Assembly: GCA_023379025.1 (NCBI GenBank)
Contig: JAMCTH010000009.1
Span: forward strand, 5,092 to 69,091
Length of the DNA: 64,000 nucleotides
Reading direction: 5' to 3'
Source of the DNA: Patescibacteria group bacterium
Lineage (GTDB): Bacteria; Patescibacteriota; Microgenomatia; UBA10105; UBA927
Shown here: piece after piece, positions 1-10,300 of the stretch
Numbering within the stretch: position 1 is the first letter of the stretch
How the letters are laid out: each line of letters opens with the position of its first letter
Notes under the pieces: generated by a model
Database searches by the model: none
Told to the model about the DNA's origin: nothing
Seen by the model: the letters and a program-made list of their open reading frames with translations, nothing else
Position numbers and translations under genes: made by a program

Positions 1-1125
1 CACGTCGTCGGGAAAAGCGGCAGCGATCTGACGTTTGACTGGACAAAACTGGACGAGACGGTGGATACGATCCGCGCAACCGGGGCAACCCCCATGCTCT
101 CCCTCTCCTATATGCCGGAAGCGATCGCCCGGGGAGGCAGCATCATCAATCCGCCGACGGACTGGAACGACTGGGCGCTCGTGGTCGAACGCACTATCGA
201 GCATTTCAGCGGGAAAGGAAACAAAAATCTCTCGAACGTGCACTATGAAGTCTGGAACGAGCCGGATCTTGCGCAATTCGGGAAATGGGGCCTTTCCGGG
301 GACAAAAACTACCTGACACTCTACCGTTATGCCGCCCTCGGCGCCGGGCGCGCGGAAGACGTCAACCGCTTTGCGCTCGGCGGGCCCGCCACGGCGGGTC
401 TTTATAAAAACTGGATACTTGCGCTCGTCAGAAGCGGGAACCGCCTGGATTTTCTCTCCTGGCACTCCTACCTTCCCAATCCGAAACAGTTCGATGACGA
501 CCAGAGAAATATCATCAGCTGGCTCCTGCCCTATCCCCGCTATACCCTCATCCCCAAAATGATCACGGAATTCGGCTTTAGCGGTGATAAAAGTACGCTC
601 TACGGATCTCCATATGCCGCTGCGTATACGGCGGCGGTCATCAGGGAGCTTATTTCCCAACACCCGGCCTATCTCTTTAGCTTTCAGTTGAAAGACGGGC
701 CGGGTCAGGAATCCGGCAACGGCTGGGGCCTTATCACCCACGAATCAAACGGAGCCAAGGCAAAACCGCGGTATTGGGTCTACGATTTTATCGACCGCAT
801 GGCAGGGACCCGGCTCGCGCTCTCTGGCGAAGGGTCGTGGGTCACGGCGTTTGCCACAAAAAAAGACGGTACGTACCGGATTCTCCTTGTCAATTTCGAC
901 GCATCAGGGCGCCATGTCGAAACCGTACCGGTTACCTTCGCAAACCTTGACCCCGGCACGTACACATACAGGGAACGGCAGCTGTTCGGCCGGACCGTCG
1001 AGACGCATGACGTTGTCGCCGGAAGCGTGCAGGATCTTCAGAAAATGGTCTATATGCCCGCGCAAAGCGTCATGATCCTCGAGCTTACGAAAACCGACGG
1101 CAGTGTTGGCGGCGGCGGGTCATGA
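1..1125 (+). CDS. Glycoside hydrolase family 39 (beta-xylosidase-like), 5' end outside window
   Basis: Frame is open from base 1. YEVWNEPD acid/base motif, GGPA, DFLSWHSY and ITEFG nucleophile motif are typical of GH39. Confidence 0.8.
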   Translation, partial: HVVGKSGSDLTFDWTKLDETVDTIRATGATPMLSLSYMPEAIARGGSIINPPTDWNDWALVVERTIEHFSGKGNKNLSNVHYEVWNEPDLAQFGKWGLSGDKNYLTLYRYAALGAGRAEDVNRFALGGPATAGLYKNWILALVRSGNRLDFLSWHSYLPNPKQFDDDQRNIISWLLPYPRYTLIPKMITEFGFSGDKSTLYGSPYAAAYTAAVIRELISQHPAYLFSFQLKDGPGQESGNGWGLITHESNGAKAKPRYWVYDFIDRMAGTRLALSGEGSWVTAFATKKDGTYRILLVNFDASGRHVETVPVTFANLDPGTYTYRERQLFGRTVETHDVVAGSVQDLQKMVYMPAQSVMILELTKTDGSVGGGGS

Positions 1126-2772
1126 CAATTTATCCTGCACGCCTCCGTTGATGACCTCGGTTGCCGGCTCAAAAATGACGTGCCGCGAACGCCGGACTTT
1201 GGTGATAAGATTGAGGAGAAGCTGTACCTCGTTGACACCGAGCACCCAGGCAATAAACACATAGATCGACAACCCTATGCCTCCGGTAAATCCGGTCAGA
1301 AGTACCAATCCGAACGTACGCGTCGTGTCAAACACCAGCTGATCCATAAGCCGGAGAAGGATAAAAAGCGGAACCCCCGCGGCAAGTGCCGCAAGGCACA
1401 TCTTGATGACGGGCCCAAGCAGTTCTTCCCGCGTAAACCCGCCGATTTTCCGGTCGAGGAGGATAAAAAGAAAAAACCCGTTTGCGACGCTCGCGACCGA
1501 TGTGGAAAGCCCCAGAGACCAGACCGGCAGATGATACACCTGTATAAACAGAATGCTCAAAACGGAATTAACGGCTATGGAAACGATGCCGACAACCACC
1601 GGTGTTTTACTGTCATAAAGGGCATAGAAGCCCCGGGCGAGCACCTGTACCATGGCCTGTGCCGCGAGCGAAATGCTGAAGGCGGAAAGCGTCATCCCGG
1701 TCATGACGGTTGCCTCCCAGTCAAACTGTGCCGCCCCGAAAACCAGCCGGACTACGGGAATCCTGAGAATGATAAAAAGGACGGAAACCGGCAGGACAAA
1801 AAAGATAATCTGGTGGAGGGAAGAGATGATCGTCCGTTTAAATTGTTCTTTCTCCTCACGCGCGGACGACACGGAAAGCGAAGGAAGCGCCGCCTGGGCA
1901 ATGGTCGCGCCGAAGAGTCCGACCGGCAGCTGCTGCAGGTGCTGGGCAAAGTTAAAAATCGTCACCATCCGGGCGCCCAGAAGGCTTGAGAGGATGAGGT
2001 CAACGGTCGTATCCACCTGGGACACCGCAAGGCCCAGGGTCCGCGGCGCCATAAGGCGGCCGACTTCCTGCACCCCTTTGTGACGGATATCCACCGTGAA
2101 ACGATGGCGGTATCCGAGGTGTACGAGGAGCGGAACCTGAATCGCCATAAAAAGGAATGCACCGATTCCGACACCGGCGACCGGCGCCGCAAGATGAAGC
2201 GCCGGCGTCAGAACAATTATGCCGGCAATGATCCCGATGTTGTACACGACGGGCGCAATCGCCGGAAGCCAAAAACGGTTGAACGACTGGAGAATGCCGG
2301 TAAAAAAGTTCCCGATGAGAAGCGGTATCACCTGAAATATGATCATAAACCGGGTAAATCCCGCCATGATGTCTATCTGCTCCCCGGTAAATCCGGGAGC
2401 CATGAGATGCGAAATTTGCCTCGACCAGATAAAAACGGGAACGGCGACCAGAAGAAGCGTGAGAAACGAAAGGTTTACCAGAATGGAAGCAATCCGCCAT
2501 GCTTCCTCTTTTTTCTCCTGCGTAATGTATTTGGTAAACACAGGAATAAACGCGGACGTCAGCGCCCCCATGACCAGAAGCTCAAACAGGAGGTTCGGGA
2601 TGCGGAATGCGGCAAAATAAATACCAAGCTCATCCGGGGAAAACCGTGCAGCCAGGAGACGGTCCCGGACGAGCCCGAGGATACGCGACGTAAATACCAT
2701 GGACATGAGAATCAATGCGGCGCCGGAAACCGATCGCTGTTCCCTGCCGAATAAAGAGAACACCCGTTTCAT
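1120..2772 (-). CDS. murJ: Lipid II flippase MurJ (MviN)
   Basis: SRILGLVRD, AAFRIPN, AFIPVF, QLPVGLFG and RGFYALYDSKTP motifs; many TM helices. Confidence 0.95.
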   Translation of the reverse strand: MKRVFSLFGREQRSVSGAALILMSMVFTSRILGLVRDRLLAARFSPDELGIYFAAFRIPNLLFELLVMGALTSAFIPVFTKYITQEKKEEAWRIASILVNLSFLTLLLVAVPVFIWSRQISHLMAPGFTGEQIDIMAGFTRFMIIFQVIPLLIGNFFTGILQSFNRFWLPAIAPVVYNIGIIAGIIVLTPALHLAAPVAGVGIGAFLFMAIQVPLLVHLGYRHRFTVDIRHKGVQEVGRLMAPRTLGLAVSQVDTTVDLILSSLLGARMVTIFNFAQHLQQLPVGLFGATIAQAALPSLSVSSAREEKEQFKRTIISSLHQIIFFVLPVSVLFIILRIPVVRLVFGAAQFDWEATVMTGMTLSAFSISLAAQAMVQVLARGFYALYDSKTPVVVGIVSIAVNSVLSILFIQVYHLPVWSLGLSTSVASVANGFFLFILLDRKIGGFTREELLGPVIKMCLAALAAGVPLFILLRLMDQLVFDTTRTFGLVLLTGFTGGIGLSIYVFIAWVLGVNEVQLLLNLITKVRRSRHVIFEPATEVINGGVQDKLS

Positions 2773-2842
2773 ACTGCGGATTATTATAGCGTAGCAATAT
2801 CCGCTTCGTATAGAAAGAAGTTTATGGTATACTTACCGCCAT

Positions 2843-3082
2843 ATGCCGATTACGAAACGCGCTATCAAAAAGCTCGCGCACGACAGAGGGCGCCAAAAAG
2901 CCCGAAGCCGCGAAAAAGATGACCTCATGGGCGCGGTCAAAAACGCGAGACGCACACCGTCACGCAAACATCTTTCCCGTGCCATGAAACTCCTGGATAA
3001 AGCGGCAAAACACCATATTATCCACGCAAACAAAGCCTCGCGTCTCAAGTCCCGCCTTTCAAAACTCGTCAAAACGAAATAA
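2843..3082 (+). CDS. rpsT: 30S ribosomal protein S20
   Basis: MPITKRAIKK start and LDKAAKHHIIHANKASRLKSRL signature. Confidence 0.95.
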   Translation: MPITKRAIKKLAHDRGRQKARSREKDDLMGAVKNARRTPSRKHLSRAMKLLDKAAKHHIIHANKASRLKSRLSKLVKTK

Positions 3083-3259
3083 CTGAAACCGGAGACACGT
3101 CTTTTCATGGAAGAAATTGAAGGAAATTGAAGAAAATTCCCGTTCATACTAGAATGGAAAGGGATTTTTATTTTCTGTTGATTTGGATTTGAACACTATA
3201 CCATGCATGTCGGACGTTGAGATTTGGGATTTGAGATTTGGGATTTTTTTATAGTTATC

Positions 3260-3814
3260 ATGCCTGCCGGTCAGATCGAGATCAACCTTCTGGGTCATGA
3301 AGACCTTGCCCATACGCCTCAGGGGAGGCTGGTGCTGTGGGCGTTGACCTATGGCCGGTATATCATGATCGGTACGGAAATCGTGGTCCTGCTCGCGTTC
3401 ATCTCCCGCTTCAGTCTGGACCGGAAACTTACGGACCTCAAAGATGAAATCGACCAGAAACAGGCGATTCTGACGGCAAATAAACCCCTGGAAACCGAAA
3501 TTCAGGATGTCGACAGCCGCCTGACTGCCATAAAAAGCCTGACCGCGGGTCAGTCCGCCCCCGTCGACCTCCTGTCGCTTCTTGCCAGCATCCTCCCGAG
3601 CGATGTCCGGCTTAAATCCATCGATATCACGCAAAAAAAACTGAGTGCCAACGTGTTTGCCGGTACGACCCCGGGCTTTTCCCAATTCCTCGTGAACCTT
3701 CAGGCGCTGCAGGCAATCGGAAATATAGAAATCGGAGACATCTCACGGGATCCGGTCAGCGGCATCAGTTTCAGTTTTACCGCGGATATCCGGTCCCGGA
3801 ACCCGGGAACATAA
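3260..3814 (+). CDS. PilN-like type IV pilus assembly protein
   Basis: INLL motif, single TM helix, coiled coil and LPSDVRLKSI ferredoxin-like fold; adjacent to a PilO-like gene. ATG at 3260 preferred over the TTG at 3224. Confidence 0.7.
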   Translation: MPAGQIEINLLGHEDLAHTPQGRLVLWALTYGRYIMIGTEIVVLLAFISRFSLDRKLTDLKDEIDQKQAILTANKPLETEIQDVDSRLTAIKSLTAGQSAPVDLLSLLASILPSDVRLKSIDITQKKLSANVFAGTTPGFSQFLVNLQALQAIGNIEIGDISRDPVSGISFSFTADIRSRNPGT

Positions 3815-3818
3815 TCCT

Positions 3819-4526
3819 ATGGCAGCGTTCGACTACAAAACCGAGTTCAAACGCTACCGCCGGTATTATCAGTCGCTCGGCGATTCCCTGAACAAGCCGG
3901 TCGCCAATGCCTATACATCGGCTATCTTTTCATTTCTCGTCGTATCGCTTTTTGGCTGGTACGCCATACGCCCGACGATCCAAACGATCCTCTTCCTCCG
4001 GCGCCAGATTGCGGACGACAAAAAAGTCAGCCAGCAAATGGAGGACAAAATTACACACCTTATTGAACTGCAGGCGTCGCTCCAGAACGTCAGGAGTGAC
4101 CTGCCGGTTCTGGACGAGGCGCTGCCGGAGAATCCGGATCCCATAGCTGTGGTTGCCGAGATCCGCAACCTCGCGGCAGTCACCGATGCGTCACTGTCGG
4201 CAGTGACGATTGCGGATACCGCACTCATCGGGGCCGATGCGCCGCTTCTTGAAGCAGCGCAGCCCCCGGACACACAGAAGACGGTGCCCCTTGTCCCCGG
4301 ACAAAATGTCGGGGTCATGCCGATTACCGTATCCGTTTCCGGTTCCTATGACATGCTAAAAGCATTTCTGAACGGCCTTCTCGCCATGCGCAGAATCGTG
4401 ACCATAGACTCCGCGGATATACTCCGGGAAACGGCCGCAGCCGGCGACATTTCTGCCAATGACAAACCGCTCAGACTTGTTCTAAAATTAAATACATATT
4501 ACCGTAGTCCTAGCTCTAGCCCATGA
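3819..4526 (+). CDS. PilO-like type IV pilus assembly protein
   Basis: TM helix, coiled coil, ALP motif and VSGSYDMLKAFLNGLLAMRRIVTIDS PilO-type C-terminus. Confidence 0.75.
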   Translation: MAAFDYKTEFKRYRRYYQSLGDSLNKPVANAYTSAIFSFLVVSLFGWYAIRPTIQTILFLRRQIADDKKVSQQMEDKITHLIELQASLQNVRSDLPVLDEALPENPDPIAVVAEIRNLAAVTDASLSAVTIADTALIGADAPLLEAAQPPDTQKTVPLVPGQNVGVMPITVSVSGSYDMLKAFLNGLLAMRRIVTIDSADILRETAAAGDISANDKPLRLVLKLNTYYRSPSSSP

Positions 4527-4717
4527 AAGCCGATCGGGATTTATTACTGGTTTCTGTATTTACCTTTTTTACGGTTTCGCTGTGGATTTTTTTTGAACTC
4601 GTGAAGACCACAAAAACATCTACCGTCGTTCCGACGGTCCAGAACGTTATTGCCCCGCTTCCCAAATCCCTGGATACCGCTGTACTCACATCGCTTGCTG
4701 CCAGAAAACACTATTAA
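4523..4717 (+). CDS. Small membrane protein
   Basis: ATGA overlap with the PilO-like stop; one hydrophobic helix. Confidence 0.65.
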   Translation: MKADRDLLLVSVFTFFTVSLWIFFELVKTTKTSTVVPTVQNVIAPLPKSLDTAVLTSLAARKHY

Positions 4718-4721
4718 CCAT

Positions 4722-6047
4722 ATGAAAAACGCACCACGCATCCCCACCATCGTAGGCCTCCTCCTTGTGTGTCTCATCGCGGGTATCTTTATTTTCGCGT
4801 TCAACCAGGTTACGGAGCTCAACTCCCGCGCGGCAGCATCGGAAACGCCATCGGCCATACAGGTTGCCAACATCGGAGACACCTCGTTCAGTATGACCTG
4901 GACGACGCCCGATGCGGCGACAGGACAGGTAGAACTTTCCCAACCCGGAACGGGCAACGCTACGTTTTTTGACGACCGCGATCTTGCAGCGGCAACGGGA
5001 AAGTCGGTTTCCCGTACTGCCATGGCGCGGTATGTGACGCATATCGTCACGATCCGGAGCCTGAATCCGAATACCACCTACTCCCTCCGGATCATTTCGA
5101 ACGGCAGAACATACGATGACAGCGGCGCCCCCTACTCCGTCCGCACCGGACCGATACTCTCGGAAGCGGATAACGGCCTTAAACCCGCATACGGCCAGGT
5201 AAACACGCAGGACAACACGCCGGCAACGGACGCGCTCGTCTTCGTCACGCTGGATGACGGATCACTGCTGGGAACTGCCGTCACATCAAACGGCACATGG
5301 CTCATCCCCCTCAATGTCAGCCGTACCAAATCCCTTGACCATTACGTTGCCGCGGGCGAACGCCTTCCCATTGCGATCCGCGTCGTCTCCGGGACACTGG
5401 AAACAACGGCGATGACCGACAGTTTGAACGCGTCACCGGTACCCCTCATGGTTCTCGGAAAAACCTATGACTTCCGGAAAATCCAGGCAAAAAATTCAGG
5501 CTCCCCGCTTGCCAACGCACCGGCCGGCGGGACAACGCCCGCAGTACTCGGTGCGGAAACGCAGACACCGACCGGTCAAAACTTTCACGTCTCTCTCACA
5601 TCACCGGCAGAAGGGGCAGCGCTCACCGGTACGACACCTCTGGTCGAGGGCACGGGATTCCCCGGAAACACCGTTTCGCTTGTGCTCGGTATCACTTCGC
5701 CCGTCAGCGGCAGCACAAAAGTCGGCACGGACGGAGTTTGGAGATTCACTCCGTCAACGGCGCTTGCCGAAGGAAGACAGAGCGTTACCATGACCACGGC
5801 AGATGCAGCCGGCAAACCCGTAGCTATCACACACATGTTTACGATACTCAAAAGCGGTTCCCAGGTATTGGGAGACGCGACGCCTTCCGCAACACTCGAA
5901 CCCGCGATCACCGCAACACCCACCGCGGAGCCGACAACTATTGCAGCACAGCCCATTCCGACGACCGGTACGGAACTGCCGACGATCATAATGATCGTTA
6001 TGGGTATCGGATTTCTGGCAAGCGGAGCTGTCGTATTTCTCAAATGA
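4722..6047 (+). CDS. Surface protein with fibronectin type III and Ig-like domains and a C-terminal IPTTG + TM anchor
   Basis: N-terminal TM; FN3 pattern (NIGDTSFSMTWTT...HIVTIRSLNPNTTY); Ig-like DGVWRFTP; PT-rich linker; C-terminal IPTTG then hydrophobic helix. Confidence 0.75.
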   Translation: MKNAPRIPTIVGLLLVCLIAGIFIFAFNQVTELNSRAAASETPSAIQVANIGDTSFSMTWTTPDAATGQVELSQPGTGNATFFDDRDLAAATGKSVSRTAMARYVTHIVTIRSLNPNTTYSLRIISNGRTYDDSGAPYSVRTGPILSEADNGLKPAYGQVNTQDNTPATDALVFVTLDDGSLLGTAVTSNGTWLIPLNVSRTKSLDHYVAAGERLPIAIRVVSGTLETTAMTDSLNASPVPLMVLGKTYDFRKIQAKNSGSPLANAPAGGTTPAVLGAETQTPTGQNFHVSLTSPAEGAALTGTTPLVEGTGFPGNTVSLVLGITSPVSGSTKVGTDGVWRFTPSTALAEGRQSVTMTTADAAGKPVAITHMFTILKSGSQVLGDATPSATLEPAITATPTAEPTTIAAQPIPTTGTELPTIIMIVMGIGFLASGAVVFLK

Positions 6048-6184
6048 CCTATCATTCAAAGCTACGCTTTCAAAGAGCAAAGCGAAACTTTGAAAAAACG
6101 ACAGACAGGAAGCGACGACTTGACGCAGATCGAAGAAATAGTCTACTGTGATGATAGGGATTGTTTTCTCGTCATACACATACC

Positions 6185-8584
6185 ATGGCTGACATTCTTG
6201 ACGCTGCTCAGAAACAGGCGACGACCGGCAGTACTGCTCCGGGAGATACTGCCGCACCTCCTTCTCCCCAAAAGAACGAGCCTCCGATACCCAATCTGGA
6301 CGATGTGCTCCCCGGAGCATCCGATCCCGTAGTCGTTCCGGAACAGCCGGAGTCTCTCCAACAGACAGAACCCGGGGATACTGCCGCAAAGGATGCTTCC
6401 CCGATTTCTCCGCCATCGGTTCCTCCAGCGTCATCCGCACCCCTCCCGGAGAAGCAGAAGGACGCTACGCTCCCGGCAGATATGCATGAAAAGCCGGCAG
6501 AAATTTTATCCCCGTCGGAAACCCTTGAAGAACCGCCGCCGCTTACCCCTCCCCCCTCCATGAAAAAGAGGCACGGCCACAGGGGTGTTGTGGTTGCGGC
6601 GCTTCTTTTTCTCCTCCTGACCCTCCCGCTTGCCGTCTATTTCGTTGCGCAGCAACGGCAACTCGCGGAAATCAGAAGTAACGCTTCTGCCCAACCCGGA
6701 GTGTATCCGGGTACTACTCCCGGATCAAATACTATGGAACAACAGAGCTGTTATAACAACTGTTTATATAGCTCAAACGGCAGTCCGACGGGCAATACCC
6801 CGGTTGAGTGTGCATCCTATTGCGGGGGCTATAATACAAACTACGGCACGACCCCTACTCCGTCACCCGTAAGCTGCGCTCCAGGAGAAGTACCATCGAA
6901 ATGTCCAGGGTACAATTTTGATGTATGCCTTAATCAATTTTCCGGCGAATGCCCAGCGCCACCGACCTCTAACTGCCAGCAATGTTTGCAATCAGGCAAT
7001 ACCCCTATTGAATGTGCAAGGTATTGTAATATTGTAGTCAATACACCTCCTCCGCCAACACCCCCGTCCTGCGGATTAGGTGAGACACGCTCAGATTGTC
7101 CTGGATATCCTATGGGCGTCTGTTTGAATAGTTTTTTCGGAGTATGCCCCCAACCTCCCGGTACAACAACAGCAACCACTCCCCCGCCATCTACAAGTTG
7201 TCAGGAGGGACAAATCCAGTGTAATGATACGGGGGGAGTTAACTATTGTTCAAGCGGAAGATGGTGGTCCCGTCCTGCAAATATCGGAGTTGAGTGTCCG
7301 GCAAGCGTAAAAAACTGTGGATTAGGTGAGGTACCTGCAAAATGTCCCGGATATAAGTACGATGTCTGTGTGAATCAATTTTCAGGGGATTGTCCACCTG
7401 CTCCAAAACCGACATGGGTTCCCGGGACTGCGGAGTGTACATCATACTGCGGTCAAGCAGGAAACGATGCATCTCAATGCAATGTTCTCTGTAACCCGAC
7501 AAAACCGCAATACAACTGGAAGCCTGGTGATCCGAACTGCATGCAGGAATGTGTAGCATCCGGAAACGGTGCAAGTGAGTGTCAGAAATATCTCTGCGAT
7601 CCGGCGCATACCACACCAACACCGGCATTTATCCGTGGGACGGCAAACTGCCAACAGCAATGTGTTGCTGCAGGCAATGGGTCGGGAGAATGCACAAGTC
7701 TTTGTGGACCTTTGCCCGTTGGATATATTCAAAATGGCAATCCGTGCGACAATAGCACTCAATGTTCGTCGGGCCTTTGTGAAGGAACGAAAGGAGTCTG
7801 TTGGCCGGTACCTACGATAATGCCGGATACCTGTACCGGACCAAAACCGACGTGCAGCGCCGGCACGGAACCGACCTGCGTTCTCAATTACTGGCACTGC
7901 GCCGTGACATTCGTCACTCCCACTCCTCCTCCGCAGGGTGTAGTACCGCAGGTAAGCCAGAATGGCTGCACCGTAACAAATAACACCGATCAGTCGGTCC
8001 GGGTCTGTGCCTTCAGCGGTGGGTGCGAAGGGGACTTCAGCGGCCGCTGCGGACCAAGCTGGAACCAGATAAACAACGAACAGGGCGGAGCAAAATGCAT
8101 AAACCTTACGGCTCACGGGAATACGAATCTTTGCCAGCCCGCAACGGTCCAGTGCGGTTCCTGGCAGACGGATATATCTATCGCAAATAATCCGGATGGC
8201 ACGGCTGCCGTTGCCGGTATAAACACAAGCGGATGCACCAGCACTCCGCCAGGCGGAGGAAATCCTCCGGGTACCACTCCCCCCGGAGGTAACCCGCCAG
8301 GCACGACCCCGCCGACCGGCGGAGGTCCGCAGTGCACGAATATCAAAATCTATAAAGACGGAGCACAGGTGACTCCCTCAACCCTCCGGCCCGGAGACAA
8401 TATCCTGATAGCCGTAGCCGGAACCGGCGCGACAAAAGCACATATCCGTGTCAACGGCGCAGATTGGATAGAAACGACAACGACCAACAGCAACAACGAA
8501 TTTACGGTGCCGTTCACGATCCCGTCGGGCGTCACGAACTTTACGATAGAAGCGGAAATTTATGTTAGCGGCGTCTGGCAATAA
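6185..8584 (+). CDS. Membrane-anchored cysteine-rich repeat surface protein
   Basis: Pro-rich N-terminal tail, KKRH plus TM helix, long region of Cys repeats, beta-rich C-terminal domain. Confidence 0.8.
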   Translation: MADILDAAQKQATTGSTAPGDTAAPPSPQKNEPPIPNLDDVLPGASDPVVVPEQPESLQQTEPGDTAAKDASPISPPSVPPASSAPLPEKQKDATLPADMHEKPAEILSPSETLEEPPPLTPPPSMKKRHGHRGVVVAALLFLLLTLPLAVYFVAQQRQLAEIRSNASAQPGVYPGTTPGSNTMEQQSCYNNCLYSSNGSPTGNTPVECASYCGGYNTNYGTTPTPSPVSCAPGEVPSKCPGYNFDVCLNQFSGECPAPPTSNCQQCLQSGNTPIECARYCNIVVNTPPPPTPPSCGLGETRSDCPGYPMGVCLNSFFGVCPQPPGTTTATTPPPSTSCQEGQIQCNDTGGVNYCSSGRWWSRPANIGVECPASVKNCGLGEVPAKCPGYKYDVCVNQFSGDCPPAPKPTWVPGTAECTSYCGQAGNDASQCNVLCNPTKPQYNWKPGDPNCMQECVASGNGASECQKYLCDPAHTTPTPAFIRGTANCQQQCVAAGNGSGECTSLCGPLPVGYIQNGNPCDNSTQCSSGLCEGTKGVCWPVPTIMPDTCTGPKPTCSAGTEPTCVLNYWHCAVTFVTPTPPPQGVVPQVSQNGCTVTNNTDQSVRVCAFSGGCEGDFSGRCGPSWNQINNEQGGAKCINLTAHGNTNLCQPATVQCGSWQTDISIANNPDGTAAVAGINTSGCTSTPPGGGNPPGTTPPGGNPPGTTPPTGGGPQCTNIKIYKDGAQVTPSTLRPGDNILIAVAGTGATKAHIRVNGADWIETTTTNSNNEFTVPFTIPSGVTNFTIEAEIYVSGVWQ

Positions 8585-8589
8585 CTCAT

Positions 8590-9093
8590 ATGAAATTCCT
8601 TAAAAAATACTGGCAACTCATGATCGTGACTTTCGTAACGATCGGCCTCGGTGTTGCCGCGTTCTTAACCTCACAGCAGCTCAACAAGCCGACTCCTGTT
8701 GCACCCAACGTGCCGCAGCAGAAGCCAAAAGCCGCGGAGCCTGCCTGTACGCTCGCATTTGCCATCACGACCACGGGAACTCCTACCGAAACACCAACGG
8801 ATACTCCGACACCGACTCCTAATCCGACCGCGACTCCGGTACCGACGGCAACGCCGACACCGACTCCTAATCCGACCGCGACTCCGGTACCGACGGCAAC
8901 GCCGACACCCGGAAGCGGCACCTATAGCACTCCCACTCCGACACCCGGAGGAGTACTCACTTCCGCCGGATCATCACCGACACCCACACCCCCGACCCCC
9001 GAAATCCCCGTATCCGGAACCGGACCGGGTATCCTGGGAGCTGCGGCAATCGGCGGCGGACTCCTTCTTCTCCTTGCAGGTCTTGCCCTCTGA
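8590..9093 (+). CDS. Pro/Thr-repeat surface protein with C-terminal IPVSG + TM anchor
   Basis: N-terminal TM, PT repeats, then IPVSGTG and a Leu-rich helix. Confidence 0.75.
   Translation: MKFLKKYWQLMIVTFVTIGLGVAAFLTSQQLNKPTPVAPNVPQQKPKAAEPACTLAFAITTTGTPTETPTDTPTPTPNPTATPVPTATPTPTPNPTATPVPTATPTPGSGTYSTPTPTPGGVLTSAGSSPTPTPPTPEIPVSGTGPGILGAAAIGGGLLLLLAGLAL
8806..8909 (+). repeat. Perfect 48-nt tandem repeat (2 copies plus 8 nt) encoding PTPTPNPTATPVPTAT
   Basis: 8806-8853 is identical to 8854-8901. Confidence 0.9.
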
Positions 9094-9243
9094 CGGGTTT
9101 TGTGACAACCGCCCCCAATAAAACCGTATCAATAGGTCAGAGTGTCAATGTGAATGCCCGTGAATATCCGAAGACATGAGACAGGAAACATGAGACATGG
9201 AAAGCCTTGTGTCAGTACTTCGATGTATCGATATATCGGTGTA

Positions 9244-10275
9244 TTATCGCAGGTGTTTTGCTATAAAGGCATGGACGGCATCGTAATCCTGCCGGGGCAC
9301 CAGGACATACCTGCCCCCGTAAAGCCATGCGGGCGGTGCAGTAAACTCCGTATCGATGGCAATTTTTGCGATATTTGCCGGAGGAATGTTCCGCAGAGCG
9401 ACTCCGGTAGCCGCCATGTCCGCCGGAGTCATATCGGTAACGATCGTCTGGACGGCCACACCGTATAGCGCACGGTCCCGCCTGATGTCCGTCCAGAACC
9501 ACGGATTTCCGAGTTTCTCCCGAAGTGCAAGAAGCACGTCCTGTTGCCTCCGTTCCCGGGCAAAGTCGCTTCCCTCGTTGCCTTCGGCATGACGGCTTCG
9601 CACATATTCAAGCGCACGGGTCCCGTTCAGGGTTTGCCTCCCTTTGTCGAAATGAACGGTCATATACCTGCAACCATAGGCGGGATCCCCGCCGCACTCG
9701 TCGTTTTCTTTTCCGGCAACCGGATACTCGCGGTCGGTAAATGCTTCCGGCACATCGAGCGTTACGCCCCCGGCCAGGTTTATGATCCGTTCAAACCCGG
9801 AAAAATCCACAACGACGACATAATGGATGGGCATGCCGATGATGTCTTCGACTTCTGCCTGTGCAAGCACCATGCCCCCTCCTTGTTTCTTCTCCTCACC
9901 ATAATGGTAGGCGCTGTTTATCTTATCCTTTAACGTAAAAGACCATATGTCGCGCGGAACGGAAAGTATCGACAGGGTATGTACGCCCTCGCGGAGAGAG
10001 AGGACAAGCATCGTATCCGTCAAATCCGGTCCGGCATGGTCGCCGCCCGCGACACCAAGAAGGAGAATATTCGTTCTACCGCCGGTCGAATCCAGGACTG
10101 AACGTTTTCCGGCGAATATCTCCGCCGCTGAGATGACATCAATACCCAGGTGCTCTTCGATATGCCCTATCCACAGTGCGGTCCGTATTCCAAAAACGAT
10201 CAAACCGGCAGACAGAAAAACAGCCAGGAGAAACCGCAATTTTGGAACATATATCCGTCTGAATTTTGGCTGCAT
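9244..10275 (-). CDS. LCP (LytR-CpsA-Psr) family glycopolymer transferase
   Basis: NILLLG, TDTMLV, SVPRD, KINSAY, VRSRH and DFARERRQQ motifs. Confidence 0.9.
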   Translation of the reverse strand: MQPKFRRIYVPKLRFLLAVFLSAGLIVFGIRTALWIGHIEEHLGIDVISAAEIFAGKRSVLDSTGGRTNILLLGVAGGDHAGPDLTDTMLVLSLREGVHTLSILSVPRDIWSFTLKDKINSAYHYGEEKKQGGGMVLAQAEVEDIIGMPIHYVVVVDFSGFERIINLAGGVTLDVPEAFTDREYPVAGKENDECGGDPAYGCRYMTVHFDKGRQTLNGTRALEYVRSRHAEGNEGSDFARERRQQDVLLALREKLGNPWFWTDIRRDRALYGVAVQTIVTDMTPADMAATGVALRNIPPANIAKIAIDTEFTAPPAWLYGGRYVLVPRQDYDAVHAFIAKHLR

Positions 10276-10300
10276 AACCGGGAAGCAAAAAAAACAGTGC

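Noticed and set aside
3175-3205. GTTCAAATCC on the minus strand resembling a tRNA T-loop
   Set aside because: No T-stem, acceptor stem or cloverleaf pairing around it.
8806-8909. Direct repeats as a possible CRISPR array
   Set aside because: Contiguous in-frame coding repeats with no spacers and no cas genes.
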